Assembly (NCBI GenBank): GCA_051294375.1
Contig: CM119264.1
Span: forward strand, 28,355,940 to 28,419,939
Length of the DNA: 64,000 nt
Direction: 5' to 3'
Origin: Paraspadella gotoi
Lineage: Eukaryota > Animalia > Chaetognatha
Part shown: piece after piece, positions 26,543-39,003 of the stretch
How positions within the stretch are numbered: the stretch's first letter is position 1
Layout of the letters: each line of letters begins with the position of its first letter
The notes under the pieces: generated by a model
Told to the model about the DNA's origin: nothing
What the model saw: the letters and a program-made list of their open reading frames with translations, nothing else
Databases searched by the model: none
Position numbers and translations under genes: made by a program

Positions 26543-27531
26543 CATGGCGACACATCATTAAGCTATCATTAATAAAGGTTCTATCCCAATTTGGTCTCGG
26601 AACTCGCCCCTCAGGGACTGTCTTTTGTCGTGGCCGATTGCCTGGTGTTTCGGTCAACCGCGCTTAGCTGTTTGATTTCGTTTGAAACTCGGCACATTTT
26701 TATTATTTTTTTTAATATTTATTATTTTGTGGGGGGGGGATCCGATTAAATTTTTGGTTCTGCGATGGAAACAAATTAAAAAGAAAATCATAACAACGAA
26801 CCAGTTACGTCTTTTTTGCATCCTGCTGCCTCGAACCCGGTACCTTTCGGCCTCGCTCTTTCGGTTCCACAACTTGGCTTGGCCTCCGGCGTCGAGCGAG
26901 AAGATCGATTAAAGCAATTTGCCTCCGATTCGCTTCTCTCCCCTCCGTTTCGTTTAGTTCCCTTTAAGAGCCGAACAGATGCCGACGAAAATCCCGGCGC
27001 TTTTTGGCGGCGCCGCCATTGGTAGATTGCTCAAGCAGACGGCATCGCTGTCGCAGGTGGCGAAGTAAACGAGGAAGTAGTTGCGTCGATGCAAGGAAGG
27101 CTACGTTTTGGGGGGCGGGCGACCCAAAATAAGGTACAGCAGATGCTCCTTGTAGATTGTAGAAGTTGCGAAGATTTTTTTTCTACACGTCCTCGAGATC
27201 ATTTTCGTCTGCTCTTACACTTCTCCATGCTTACATTCGGACACGACGCTGTTTTGAAACTCAGATGTTCCCCCCCCCCTCTTTAGCTCCGACTATTCCT
27301 AGCCAGAGACAGGGATATCCGGTCCAAGTGAAAAGACTCCTTTTTCCCTTCGCGATTTGAGTCTCTTATCGGGTCTGCCACTCCCAGTTCCCAGTCCCAA
27401 TTCGATCCCGCCACCTCGCCCGGAGGAGGGGGGTTTCAGAACGATCTGGTGGTTGGGGGTTTTGATTTTGACTCTCCATCGTCTTTTTCGATCTTTCTGT
27501 CTTACTTCATTCTCGATGTTTCTCTCTTCTC
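19889..27531 (+). repeat. Copy B of the ~7.75 kb tandem duplication (contains the 226-N gap 20188-20413)
   Basis: Colinear with 12139-19875; differences are mostly 1-2 bp indels. A short TTGGGTGGGTGG filler lies at the junction (19876-19888). Confidence 0.95.
21851..23318 (+). CDS. Duplicate copy of the 3' exons of the unidentified + strand gene (21851-22847, 23199-23318)
   Basis: ORF 21704..22903 keeps the large exon open (TPDKRAPDSRAPD..., PAVDPGRPAVGPGRPAVDP, LPERFQDQLPDRLQKRLQ). The terminal exon has a premature TGA at 23222 that copy A lacks. Confidence 0.45.
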
Positions 27532-27600
27532 GCTGGTTGTAGATTTGTTTACGTCATTTCCTTCAAACAAAAGCATCTTTCAAGAGGAAAGTCGAGGAGT
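23876..27600 (-). CDS. Unidentified multi-exon gene inside the duplicated unit (copy A equivalent ~16251-19875, 5'-truncated); only recoverable as a consensus of both copies
   Basis: Exon 24218-23876 (A: 16587-16251), bounded by TTTCCAG| and |GT, gives consensus DILLMIAKRVLFEDTGYFDEANSLRLKPKKNVLTTIKFDEGDIVISYTRVTNPAKQDFFFIENRNGKTTFQLWKIKGKGASKNGEALVFFSLPEPRTLNAVVINIVAPDVVVA. Further exon-like minus-strand blocks at ~24530-24950, 25410-25560, 26290-26500 and 26810-27580. Gene ends not resolved. Confidence 0.45.
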
Positions 27601-28190
27601 TTACATCAAACTGGAAGACAAAGACTGGGAAAAAGACCTGCACCAGCATTCAAGCAAGTGGATTTACAATTTTACAGTTTGTACCGAATTCTTTAACATG
27701 TGGTATATTGGCAACTGACATTTGTCTAGCTTTTTATAAAAATTCGATGGTTTTATATTTCGTCGGTCATATTTATTTATTTTCGTAAATTAAACATACT
27801 TCTTTATCCCCCAATTATGCAGAATAATCGTTCATGACGATAAACGAAAAAAATCGATACTAAAACGATTTTTTTTGGTGACGTGATAAGTGATTTCTGA
27901 AAACCGGCGCTCACGAACGTTCAAACTTTGGATTATATAAACATCGCTGGAATAAACTAAGGATTTAATTTGACGACAGTCCTTGGCGACCATGACCTGA
28001 CGATCCCTTCCAGCCAATCGGTCTACGACTCGGAAGCCAAGGGAAATTAACTCCTAAATCTGGGGTTAACCTTAAAAAAAAATACAGAATCGTACCGAGG
28101 AAAAAAAAAAATCTGGAGGCGAAACCTCAAAGGTGCCATGATCCTCGCGTCACTCTCGCGTGAACCCGAGAAGCTGTGATTCTCGGTGAA

Positions 28191-31100
28191 ATGAAAAACG
28201 AATTCATGAATTACTCTAATTACAAACCTGAAACGGGTAAGCATAATTACATCTTTTTTACGACCTATATAAATACTATCTGGGAAAAAAGTATATAACA
28301 TAATTCATTTATTTAATAAAACATTTTTAACATTCGGTATCGATTATTGTTTGCATTTATCTGGGTATGCTCTTATACAGCAAATTGAGGTATGACAGTG
28401 AAATGTTTTTCGACATCTTTAATGCAATTTTTTTCAGCCCCGATGTTGATGTTGCGTATCTTTCCCTCTTTTCTGAGAGCTATAATAATACTTTTTTGAA
28501 CCAGAAAGAGGTGCAAGGCTTTTGGCATTGCCAAAAAAAATTAATTTTATTTAAAATAAAAATAAATAACTAAATATTAAAAATGGTGGAAAACTAAATA
28601 CGATTTTTTTGTTGTTATTTGTCATTTCAAGTAATATTTTTTTGCCTGTAACTTTTAAACGATTTGACCTACAAAAAATAGAAGCTACTGAAAGGAAATT
28701 CAATGTAGATTCAAAAACATTCTGATTTTTTAAAATCAAATAAGTAGATATCTTTTACTAGATGGTAGTATTTATAGTCAGCGTTAAAGGTGCAGAACAT
28801 GTTTATTGGTTACGGGTTATAGGTTTAAAGTTAATGATTATTGGGGGTCAAGGTGAGAGTGGGTTAAGTTTTTCAGTTATCTTCGCTATGTATATTTTTT
28901 TCACCTAAGACTGCCTTTTTCACCAATCCTTTTTTATTTTTAAAAAGTCCGTTGCGAAACCGATCGCGTTAGTTAAATTATATATTTGAAGCCTAATCAA
29001 ATTAATATCTTAGGTCACACGACTAACGAGGGGGGAAAACTTGGATAATCGGCGATGTTATTTCTTTTTGAGCAATAACTAGTTTCCTGTGGCCTGACCT
29101 ACTGGAGCAGTGCGACCGTTTTATTTTATGGTTTCAACCAAAATAAGATTTTAATGATTTTTATCGATTATCAACTAGAAAGAGTTTTCGGTTTAGTTTT
29201 ACTCGTCATAATCGTTCAAACTTTTAAAAATAGTATAGGAAATGTACTCCTTAAAGCCCAAATCTTGGAATTACATATTGCATTTGCTTTTAAAAGTATA
29301 TTATTGTTTTTCAGACGGACATGGAAACATGATTCCCACGATGCCTGGCGAAATGTACGGGAATTCGCGCGAAGTTTACGACGCGTATTCCCGGGGCTAC
29401 GATGACAGGTAGATGATAAATGCTGGCAAATAAATATTTAAGCTTAAGACAAGATTATAAAGATAATTACCAAAAGTTGATTTGAATAAGAAAATAATTT
29501 TTTAAATAATTTTAAAATAAGTTTTAATAATCATATTTGCATTTAAAGCACTTGACGTTACTCTTATTCTTAATCAGGGACATCTCGTACGGTTCCTACA
29601 TCGCGGGCGACCACTTCGACGAACCTCCGACATACTCGACCTCCTTCCACCAACTTCACCCCGGTGTAGTGCCCCCCGGCGGGCCCGGCCTCAGTCAGGA
29701 TGACCCCTACGGAGTCGGTGCCGGCCACCCTCCCCCGCAACAAACGCCTTCGCCCCCACTCAGCGATAGAGCCTATGGTGAGTGTTTCCTTTGCTGATCA
29801 CTGAGATGACCATAACTGATCACATAACTTAATCGTTGCGATGTTATTTATGACTTATAAAGATCTTGGGTGACTAGAGTGAGCGACTTGTGTGTGACTA
29901 CACGATAACTGATTTATATCGATTGATCCGAATATGGTGAAAGCGTAAATTAAAATTAGAAACCTTCGAAAATAATAAATCAAAGCATTAGAAAATAAAC
30001 CAATTAAAAACCTATTTAAAAAGCACCTAATAAAACGTCATAAGCTAACTCTTTTCTATTTTGGTCGAAAATATAGATAACGCCCAAGTCACGCTGACAT
30101 CAAATGTTTCCTTCAGGCATCGAACTCATTTTGGGATTTTTTCTGGGTCATTTTTGTAATATGCTGTCGAAGTTGTGGTCAGCGATGCGATTCTTCCAGC
30201 GACAGTCAAGACTGTGCCTTCAATGTTTTTCCCCCTTTATTAGTCTCTGGTGGTTTTCTGGCTCATCCTTTCTGGTCGCCTCGTCTTCATGAAACTTGGA
30301 TCCAAATGAATGAGAGGAAAGAAAACGAATTCGCGCCCATTTTGATTTTTTTTTTCATTCGTCTCATCAAATCACACGAGTTCTTTTGACGTTTTCTCCT
30401 CCCCTCTCTCTGGTTGTCCGATTTTTTTCAAAAAGTTTTGAGAGGATCACAGTTGTGAATTTTCGTGTTTTAAAAACGTTTTTAAAGTCTTGATCTACTT
30501 TTGTGTCGTCGGTTGGTGGTATTTTACATCGTCATCACAGGAGGCCAATGTACTAGGGGAGCAATTTTATAAGCTTTTCTGTCCTCCAGTCGTAACGTAA
30601 TATCCGGCTTGATATTTAAATTTGATGATTGGCTAATGGCTATTGCCCAAAATTTTTCTTTGAAAGTTGTTAAAAATTTGGATGAAATTTAAATGGAATG
30701 GTTCCATGGTTGAGAGAAGCATCGGACGAGGAATTCCAGTTTTTTATTTTTCGAAATCCCGTCGATATTTTTTTCTTGCATCCTGAGCTGAGATGGTCGC
30801 GTTTCGAGGTGACAATCGGGAATCCCTCGGAATCCCCGAGAATCGAGTCGCAGCCAAACTGGAATTTTCGAAGAAAAAAAAATCAGCAGATTCTACTTCG
30901 CGTTTGCCCAAGACTTTTTTTTTGGGGGGGGATTTCCACACTTCCACTCGTATAGAAGATATTGAAGAGACAGTAATTATTGATAAGTGTTAATTACAGA
31001 ACCGTTCAATATAAGCAGTCCCTGAGCTTTGGATCAGGCTGTAACACCATGTTACAGGCGGGTTAAGCGCCCCATCCCTCTTAACTGCTAGGCGGCCACC

Positions 31101-34100
31101 GGCCTAGAACCCCGAACCTTTGGGTTGGGAGGCGAATGACTTGCCTCCGGCACCAATGGCCGCTGATGAACGGTTGGTGGATTTTAGTCCACCATAATAT
31201 AGATTTTTTTAAATTTTCAAACCGGAATTCATATATATACAATTTTTATATACCATTTAGAATTGTTTCTCAAGCCACGGAGTTCAATTGTATTCAAAAT
31301 GGAAAAAATACTCAATTCGCTGATCGCATCTTATCAAAGAGGCGCCTAAAATTCTTTAACAGTTGCCTCTTTCGAAAATAGCTTTTTTTTCTCTCGTTAA
31401 TAACAACCCTTTAAGTTTAATTCACTCTCGTTAAACCGCACGACCCCATTTTCCACAAGCCTTCCAGATCCTCTTTCCTTGTTTTACTGTCTCCCGCAAG
31501 ACGTCCCCATTCCTCTCATACCAAACACTCCAAGAGTGGAAGGGAACGTCCTTGAAAACACCTCGTCTGCAACTCGCCACGCGCTGCAGTTAAAAGTGGA
31601 AACGACTCTGTTTAATGATGGTTAAGGCTCCTAGCGGGTTCCTTGTCTGCTCCAGCGAATTCTGGCTCGGTTCCTTTGCTCTAGCCGATTCCACCGGGAT
31701 GCATGTCCGTTTTTAAGCTTTTTTTTTGCGAATTGCTAGTTTCGTGATTTCACTTTACCCGTCGCACTTAGTTTGCTTCACCGAGTAAGATCAATTTGTG
31801 TCGTTAAGTCACATTATTTTATTGTATTCGTTCTTTATCGCGAAATGGTCAAAAATATCGTTTCAATCTCCTTTGAATCCCAGCTTCTACACTTTCCACG
31901 TTATTAGCAGATATTTTTGTCGTTTATAAAATAAATGGTAGGATTGATCTTTGTCTTAAAGTTAAACCAATTCTTATACGGCTAAACTATTTTACAATTG
32001 GCAAAAAAAAGTTTATTTATTTTTCAATGACAACAAAGGGCTAGACGTCGACAATTTTATCGAATCATCCCTAAAAACTCTTCTCGAAATATTCACCGAA
32101 TTACTGACTTACCTTCGTAACGAAAATAGACTTTTTTATCATTATCTCAATTGTGTATGACGTCAAAAGAGCCCCATTTGCCCGCCCATTTGTGAGCCAC
32201 AACCTACGCTCTTTTTTTTTTCGCTCACGCGCCTGTTTCGCTGTCGAATTTCGCGCGCACCCGCCACAGCTGCACTAGCCACTACTCCACCCGCCACCGC
32301 TGCACCTCCGCTCCCCTCACCCTCCCCATCGTGGTCCGCCCCCGGCCGACCTCTATGTAGTCGCGAGGCATTTTTCCCGCCCAATGGTCCGTGCGAGCGA
32401 AAGCGGGAAGCGTGGGTGTTATTTCTTTTTCTCTCTCGCTCGACTTGTACGGTATGTGGATAAAAGGGTTATGCTTAAAGGCGGTCCTATAGACTTAGAG
32501 GGGGCTCCTTTTTAACTAATTGACAAGGACGCCGAGTCCTCATTCTTGCGACCGGCGAGACGAGGCGGTCACGTCTTTTGACTAAAAAAAAAAAAGCCTC
32601 GTCTTCTCGCCAGAGGGTTAACGAGAGAGGGCGTCCAAATTCCTGTCAGGTCTTTAATTTTCCTTCCTCCGTTTTTATTTCCGTTTTCATTTTCCTTTTC
32701 TTTTAGTTTTTCCATTTTCTTTTTTTTTTCTTTTTTCACCCGGACGCTTTGTCCTTTCTCAATCCTCATTCTTTCCGACCTCCTCTCCCTCTATCCTCTT
32801 CCCCCTTCCCCCCCCATTCCTTTTTATGTCACCCCCAGATCCTTTTCTTTACCTCGAGGCGAGCATTGAAAGAGTTTCTCGCTCCTCGAACCGGAAAAAC
32901 GGGGGGGAACCGCCCACCGACGGTTCTGCTCGTTTGTTTTCATCAGAGTTGGAGCAAACCCGAGAAAAGCTCCTTGTTTTTTCATCAGTATTGGAGCAAA
33001 CTGGAGTTTTTAACTGGGCTTGAAATTTTTGTATTTCTTTTAAATTTAATGTTTTTTTTTCCCACAATTAGATTCTAACGTTTTTCAGATATTATCTAAT
33101 AAAGAGAAATACTAACTCCCGACGGCCGAATATACTTTCATTGTGGAATGTCGATAGTTATGCATTAATTTTTACTCAAATTATGACAATCAAATCAAAT
33201 AAAAAATATCCTCATCTCGGGTTTCAAGCCATAATGCCTCAAGGTTTATTCATTTTTTTTGCTAAATTACTCTCCCTCGGCCGTTTGAAGCCAGTTAAAA
33301 ATTTTAAATCTTTTATCTTTGACCACTAATCTTGTTTTTATTTACCTCATATTCTCTTTCAATTTCATTCCGTCTTTTTATCTCCCTTTTTTTCCCAGTG
33401 AACCATCCATGTTATCACAATTCGTACCCATTTTCCCTCCGGTTTGTTTTCGAAATTCAGTTCGCGGGAATCCATTTGAACTTCCCCCCCCTTTCCATGC
33501 TCACGTTTCTCTCCCTCCCCTTGCCTTTTTTATTCCTCGTCCATCCATCTTCTTTGGGTTCTCAATTTTTTCTTCCATCACATTTTTTGTTCTCAAACGC
33601 ATAAATTCTTTCCGCCCTCCCACTGTTCGCCCCCTTTTCTTGTCTCCGCGCGTAATCGCGCCGTTTCTGGTTCCCCTCCGTTTCTGGGCGTGGCGCCTTA
33701 AGGCGCTGACCTTTCGATATTTTCAGTCTTATTTTTTTTTATATTTGTCCTTTGTTTAGAAGAAAAATAATTAATTCCCGGATTTCGCTCAGGAAAAATT
33801 TTTGGCGGGAAATATAACCTAGTTGTGAATGTATAAAGAGAATCCATTTCCTCATCTCTTGCCAGTTTTAAATCACGGTTCTTTCCACGTTCCTCGGTCT
33901 AACACGAGCGCTGGCATGCGAGTAAGACCTCTCCAGTCTCCAAGGCTGAATCCAATTTCCGGTGTGGGTCGAGTCTGTGAAGGAATTTTTAGTCTTACAC
34001 CACTTCGTTCTAGGAATGAAATCTGAATACTTTTCCGTCATGGGAATAGATATCTATTTTACTACAAGTAAGGATAAAAAAAAAATAATTTGCTTGACTT

Positions 34101-36211
34101 TGCGGTAAACACATTTTTCTCCAAAAGTGAATGAGTAAAAATTCCTGGCATTATTCCTCACTTTCTACTAGAACCGGAAAAAGTTCTTCGCTCCACATAT
34201 TCTAAACAAAAAAAGGTACATTTAACCCACTTTGCCGCATTCCTTTTCGCTACGATCACCTCCTTTCCGCCAGCTCCTTCGCCGACGCAGCCCAAGTTTT
34301 TTTCTTAGTTTTAACACTTAAAGAAAAAAAAAAAAGAGAGCGAAGGCCAAGAAGGATTTTTTTTTTCGTTTAGCCAATCAGCGGTCGATCTCTCCAATTG
34401 AGCCAATCCAATTCTTACCCCCGATAACGTAAGAAGGAAAAGATAAGTTCTCTCGCTCTCGATCTTTCTCTCTCTGCTACACCCAACCGTATTTCTGTTT
34501 TTTCTCTTCTGTTTACTGTATTGTTTACGATCCAGTTCTCTATCTCCTACCGAGTGGATCCGTCTCTCTCTTTCTCTCTCTCGGTCTCGCTCGCTTATCT
34601 CTTGATTCCTATTCCTCTCTTTCTCCCAATCGTCTCCGGGACGTCGACCTACTTTGGTATTCTGCCCGCGACATGATCCATTTAAATTTATTCCGAAACT
34701 GCGAGCGTCTCCCGTCGATACAACAACAACAACAACAACACGCTTGATTCCACATTCAATTTTTTATTTATTTTTATTTTTTTGGGCCGCGAGAGGGAGA
34801 AGAAAAATGCCCGGCGTTACGAGTAAGTTTTGTGAAAATTTTGTTTGGACTAAAATTTGGACTAAATCTGATGGATTTAGATGGTGGTTGATAAAAACCA
34901 AGCAAGCAAGCTCGGTCCTCATCGAGATTTGTTTCTGAGGAGCCACTTACCAATCACGAAATTGAGATACGCATTCTTTTGTGCACTTTGAACCAGTTTT
35001 AACTAGAATACTTTTTTTATATTAAAAAGAAAAAAAACCTAAATATATAAAATGACTAAAATGAGTTTTTAAAAAGGTGAAAGCTACATAATTTACCTAA
35101 GATCTATAAATTTACTGGGATCGGCTGTTTCCTTTTCGTAACCGTTGAAAAACGTAAGGGGAATGCCGCGGTCTCACGCTGCGCCGGCTTTGTTTAGGAT
35201 CGTTCAGTCAGTGTTGACTCATGACCCGAGTATTTAGAACTTTTTTTTTATCCCTCCTTCCCGATCCTTTCCCCCCGCTTTCGAATAACAATCGTTGTTT
35301 TCATAACTGAGCTTCGTTCAAGTCTGTTTCGTCCTTCTAGTTTTAAAAAAGAAAGGAAAAAAAAAATTAAAGATCGCTTTTTCTTTTTTTAAAAGTATGT
35401 TGATAGTACCCAGAGGTGCTGTACGAACGATTTTTGTTCCTCACGCGTCTCTCTCGCATTTTGTGAATTTTCTGTTTTTAACTATTACGCTTCCGTTAAC
35501 AATAACATATATATCAACAAATTAGTGAAAAACAATTTTTACTTAATACTCGATATCATACTGCCATTCTCGACACTCCCCTGACAGCTTTTGGGTGAGG
35601 TTCTGGGATCAAAAAATTACCTCACTTTTAAATTACGCCCTGGGAAAAATTAGAAATTGATCAAACCCAAGTCTCAGAAAACGATTAATTTTTGTAAGGG
35701 AACTTTACATTTGAATTAGTAACTTGCGACGCTTTTAAAACGTAATCATTTCCTCTTCTTCGTGAGACGGGGCCAAAGTCCAAAGACGAAAGAACTCAAA
35801 ACAAAGAAAGTTTCTGGTTTATTATTTAGAATCTGATGAAGTAACATGAGAACCACGGACGAAACGGTTCGTTTTTAAAATCTTTTTCATTCTCTCTAGA
35901 GAATTGTTTTTATTTCTGGTAAAAAAAACAAAATAAAAACTTTGGTTTCCATTGGAATCCCCTTGGAATCTCAATCTGGTTCGTTCACTTCTCACGCGCT
36001 CAAAACTTTCGATATATTTAATCATTACTAACGATTTTTCTTCTTCGTGGAAAATTGCTTTTCCGAAAATTAAAATCCTAAACTTAGAACATAAATCAAA
36101 GCAAAAAAATTAAAAATAAAAAGCTATGGAGCGCAGAAAGCATCGTTTTTTCACGAGAACGAGCCACGTTCCATTAGGTTCCAAGGGGCTTCGACGCAAC
36201 GGAAAAAGCGG

Positions 36212-36246
<35 letters not shown>

Positions 36247-38935
36247 AAAAATGTTTGATTTATTGACGTTCTCCTTTTTTTTCTTTTATATTTTATTATC
36301 GGAGGGACTTCGGCAACCGAGCTGATTTTTCTCTATTTTTTCTGCTATAGTTTGAAAAGAAATTTTCGTTAATTTCCAATCCCTCTATATTTTATTCCAC
36401 CCTCGACTTTTCGATTCCACCCTCTGCACCGACCACCTTCCACTTTTCACACTTTGCACTGAAATTCACCCCCCCCCAACACCATGGTCACAAAAAGTGA
36501 ACCCTGCCCTCCACCAAAATCCCGACGCGTCTTCCTCGAGCGAAGGTCCGCTTCCTTCGCCCGTGCACCGTTCTGCCCCCGTCACATCGTTAACGGACAA
36601 TCCGTACGGAACGTACAATCCCAACAATCCGTACGGGACTCACCAATCGGAAAATCCGTACGGGACTCATCAACCGGAAAATCCGTACGGGACTATCCAG
36701 CCGGAAAATCCGTACGGAACTCTTCAACGGGAAAATCCGTACGGGACTATCCAGCCAGAAAATCCATACAGGACTATCCAGCCAGAAAATCCGTATGGGA
36801 CTCACCAACCAGAAAATCCGTACGGAACGCACAAGCCGGAAAATCCGTACGGAACGTACAATGAGAATAATCCCTACGGAACTCACAAACCGGAAAATCC
36901 GTACGGGACGTACAATCCGAACAAACTTCCTCCCGCGTCGTCTAATTACAACGATTATATGAGATCGATGGAACTGGACGAAGGTCGGTCGGTCTATGTC
37001 TCGCCAAAGATTTCTCACCAGATGGAAAATCTGAGTTTGACCGGACCCGAGACTAACCTTCCCTTTCCGTCGAATTCCGGCGCCGGTAAGTCCTCACCTT
37101 TTTTTTTCCGTCTGCCCACGACCTTTGATTGGTTAGCTGTTGAGGTGGGAATCCATTGCGGGTTTCGGGTACTAATGCTTTTCTGGCCTTCTTTTTTTTT
37201 TGATCACCATGTAACAAGCTGTCTTCCATTTTTTTTTTTTTTTCTGTCCTCAGTTTTTATTTTTATTACATTCACTATTTTGTTATTTTTACCTTGATTC
37301 GAATATCTCCGATTTTTGGTTTAAGATGACGACACCGCGCATCTCTCTCTCTCTCTCTCTTTCTCTCTCCTCTTTCTTCTCTCTCCTCTCTCTCTCTTCT
37401 CTCTCTTCTCTCTCTCTCACCTCCCCTCTCACCCACGAAACACTTTAAGGTAAAACCGAATTAAGAATTCAGCGCACCATTTTCCCGCGAACCTCGAGTC
37501 TGTTTTTCTATCCCCTCAGCTCCAGTAGACTTTAAAAAATAAAATTCCTCACGTAATTTTTTTTGACAAAAAAGCTCAGGTTTTAGTTATAAGTTTTTTA
37601 TATTTTTGTATTACAACTGACCCGATTTTTACTCTTCCGTTCGCGACCCATTTTTGCGGCGCCTCTCTTTTGACCCACCATCCAACCCTTCTCTCACTGA
37701 AAACATACGCACATCCTCGTATCAAAACTTACCTCACTCACACATTTAAAAAAAAAGCCCCAGTGGCGGATCCCGTCAACTACGCCAACTACGCCGACTA
37801 CGCGGACGTGACCCGCAGCCCTCCTGCGGGCCTCCCGCCCCACCCATCGACCATTCAATCCCAACCCTCCTTCTCCCGTGATTCTTCTTCCGTCAACCCC
37901 TACGGCACGCTTCGAAGCGCAGCTAGTCAACCTCCCCACGCCGCTCTGGATCCGCCTGCCCCGGTCGCCCCTCCTCCAGCTCTCAATCACTACGGAACGC
38001 TGACGTCATTGAATCATCAACATCCGGGTCTCGTTCGCGAATCCCCGTCCGGACAGATGAACCACTACGGAACGGTGACGAGCATTACGAGTTCTACCAT
38101 CGCCAATCTCAACAACAACCAATTGCCGCCGACGAGTCACTCCTCTCCTCACGCTCTTCACAATAACAACCAATTGCCGCCGACGGGTCACTCCTCTCCT
38201 TACGCTCAATACAACGGAATCAAAGAGGATAAAAAAAATGGCTACGACCCGCGTGGCCCGCCGCCCGATTCGCCGTCGAGCAACCAGTCGGGCGGACCGG
38301 CGTTGCGTCAGTCATTGAGTCGGTATCCACAGTCGTCTCCGGATGGCAGCGGCTCGTACCCGTTGTACGCCGGGGAAACTCCGAACAGGAGTTCAGGTAT
38401 TTTTTTTTAAATTTGTTTCTTTTCGAGTCTCTCTCTCTCCTCTGTCCTAACTCTCTCCGATATGCACCTTTAAGCTTCCTTTTGAGTCTTCATTTTCCTT
38501 TCGTTTCCTTCTCTCTCTTTCCCTCTTCCCCGCGAATTTTTTATTTCTTTTTTCTTGTTACTTTTTCTGTTTTCCTAGTCTTACTTTTCTTTAATATTTT
38601 CCTTTTGTTTTTTTTTCTTCTATTTCGTTATTTTTCTCCTTTCACTCTCTCTCTTTCTCGTATCCTTCTTCGCCCCTCCCGATTTTCTTTTGCTGTGACG
38701 GTGCACTAATCTAGTCAACTAGTTAAATTAATCACGGTTTTTCTTTTCCTTAGCAGTAGCCTCTAGCAGTATTGCTCCTTCTATCTCTCTCAGCCTTTCT
38801 CTTAACTCTGTCCTAGAGTTTTCTTGACGTCAAACGCTGAGCCATTTCCTGCGATCAGGGAGGGAAAGAAAAAAATGGCGAGGAAAAAAAAGAAAGTCTC
38901 TTCCGATCTGTCATTGGATTCTGCAGTCAGCAAAA

Positions 38936-39003
<68 letters not shown>

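Noticed and set aside
31092-31163. Functional tRNA-Gly(CCC) gene
   Set aside because: Anticodon stem has two C-C mismatches, and the D and T stems pair poorly.
31163-31169. CTGATGA hammerhead ribozyme core next to hairpins
   Set aside because: No GAAA element in the required position relative to stem II.
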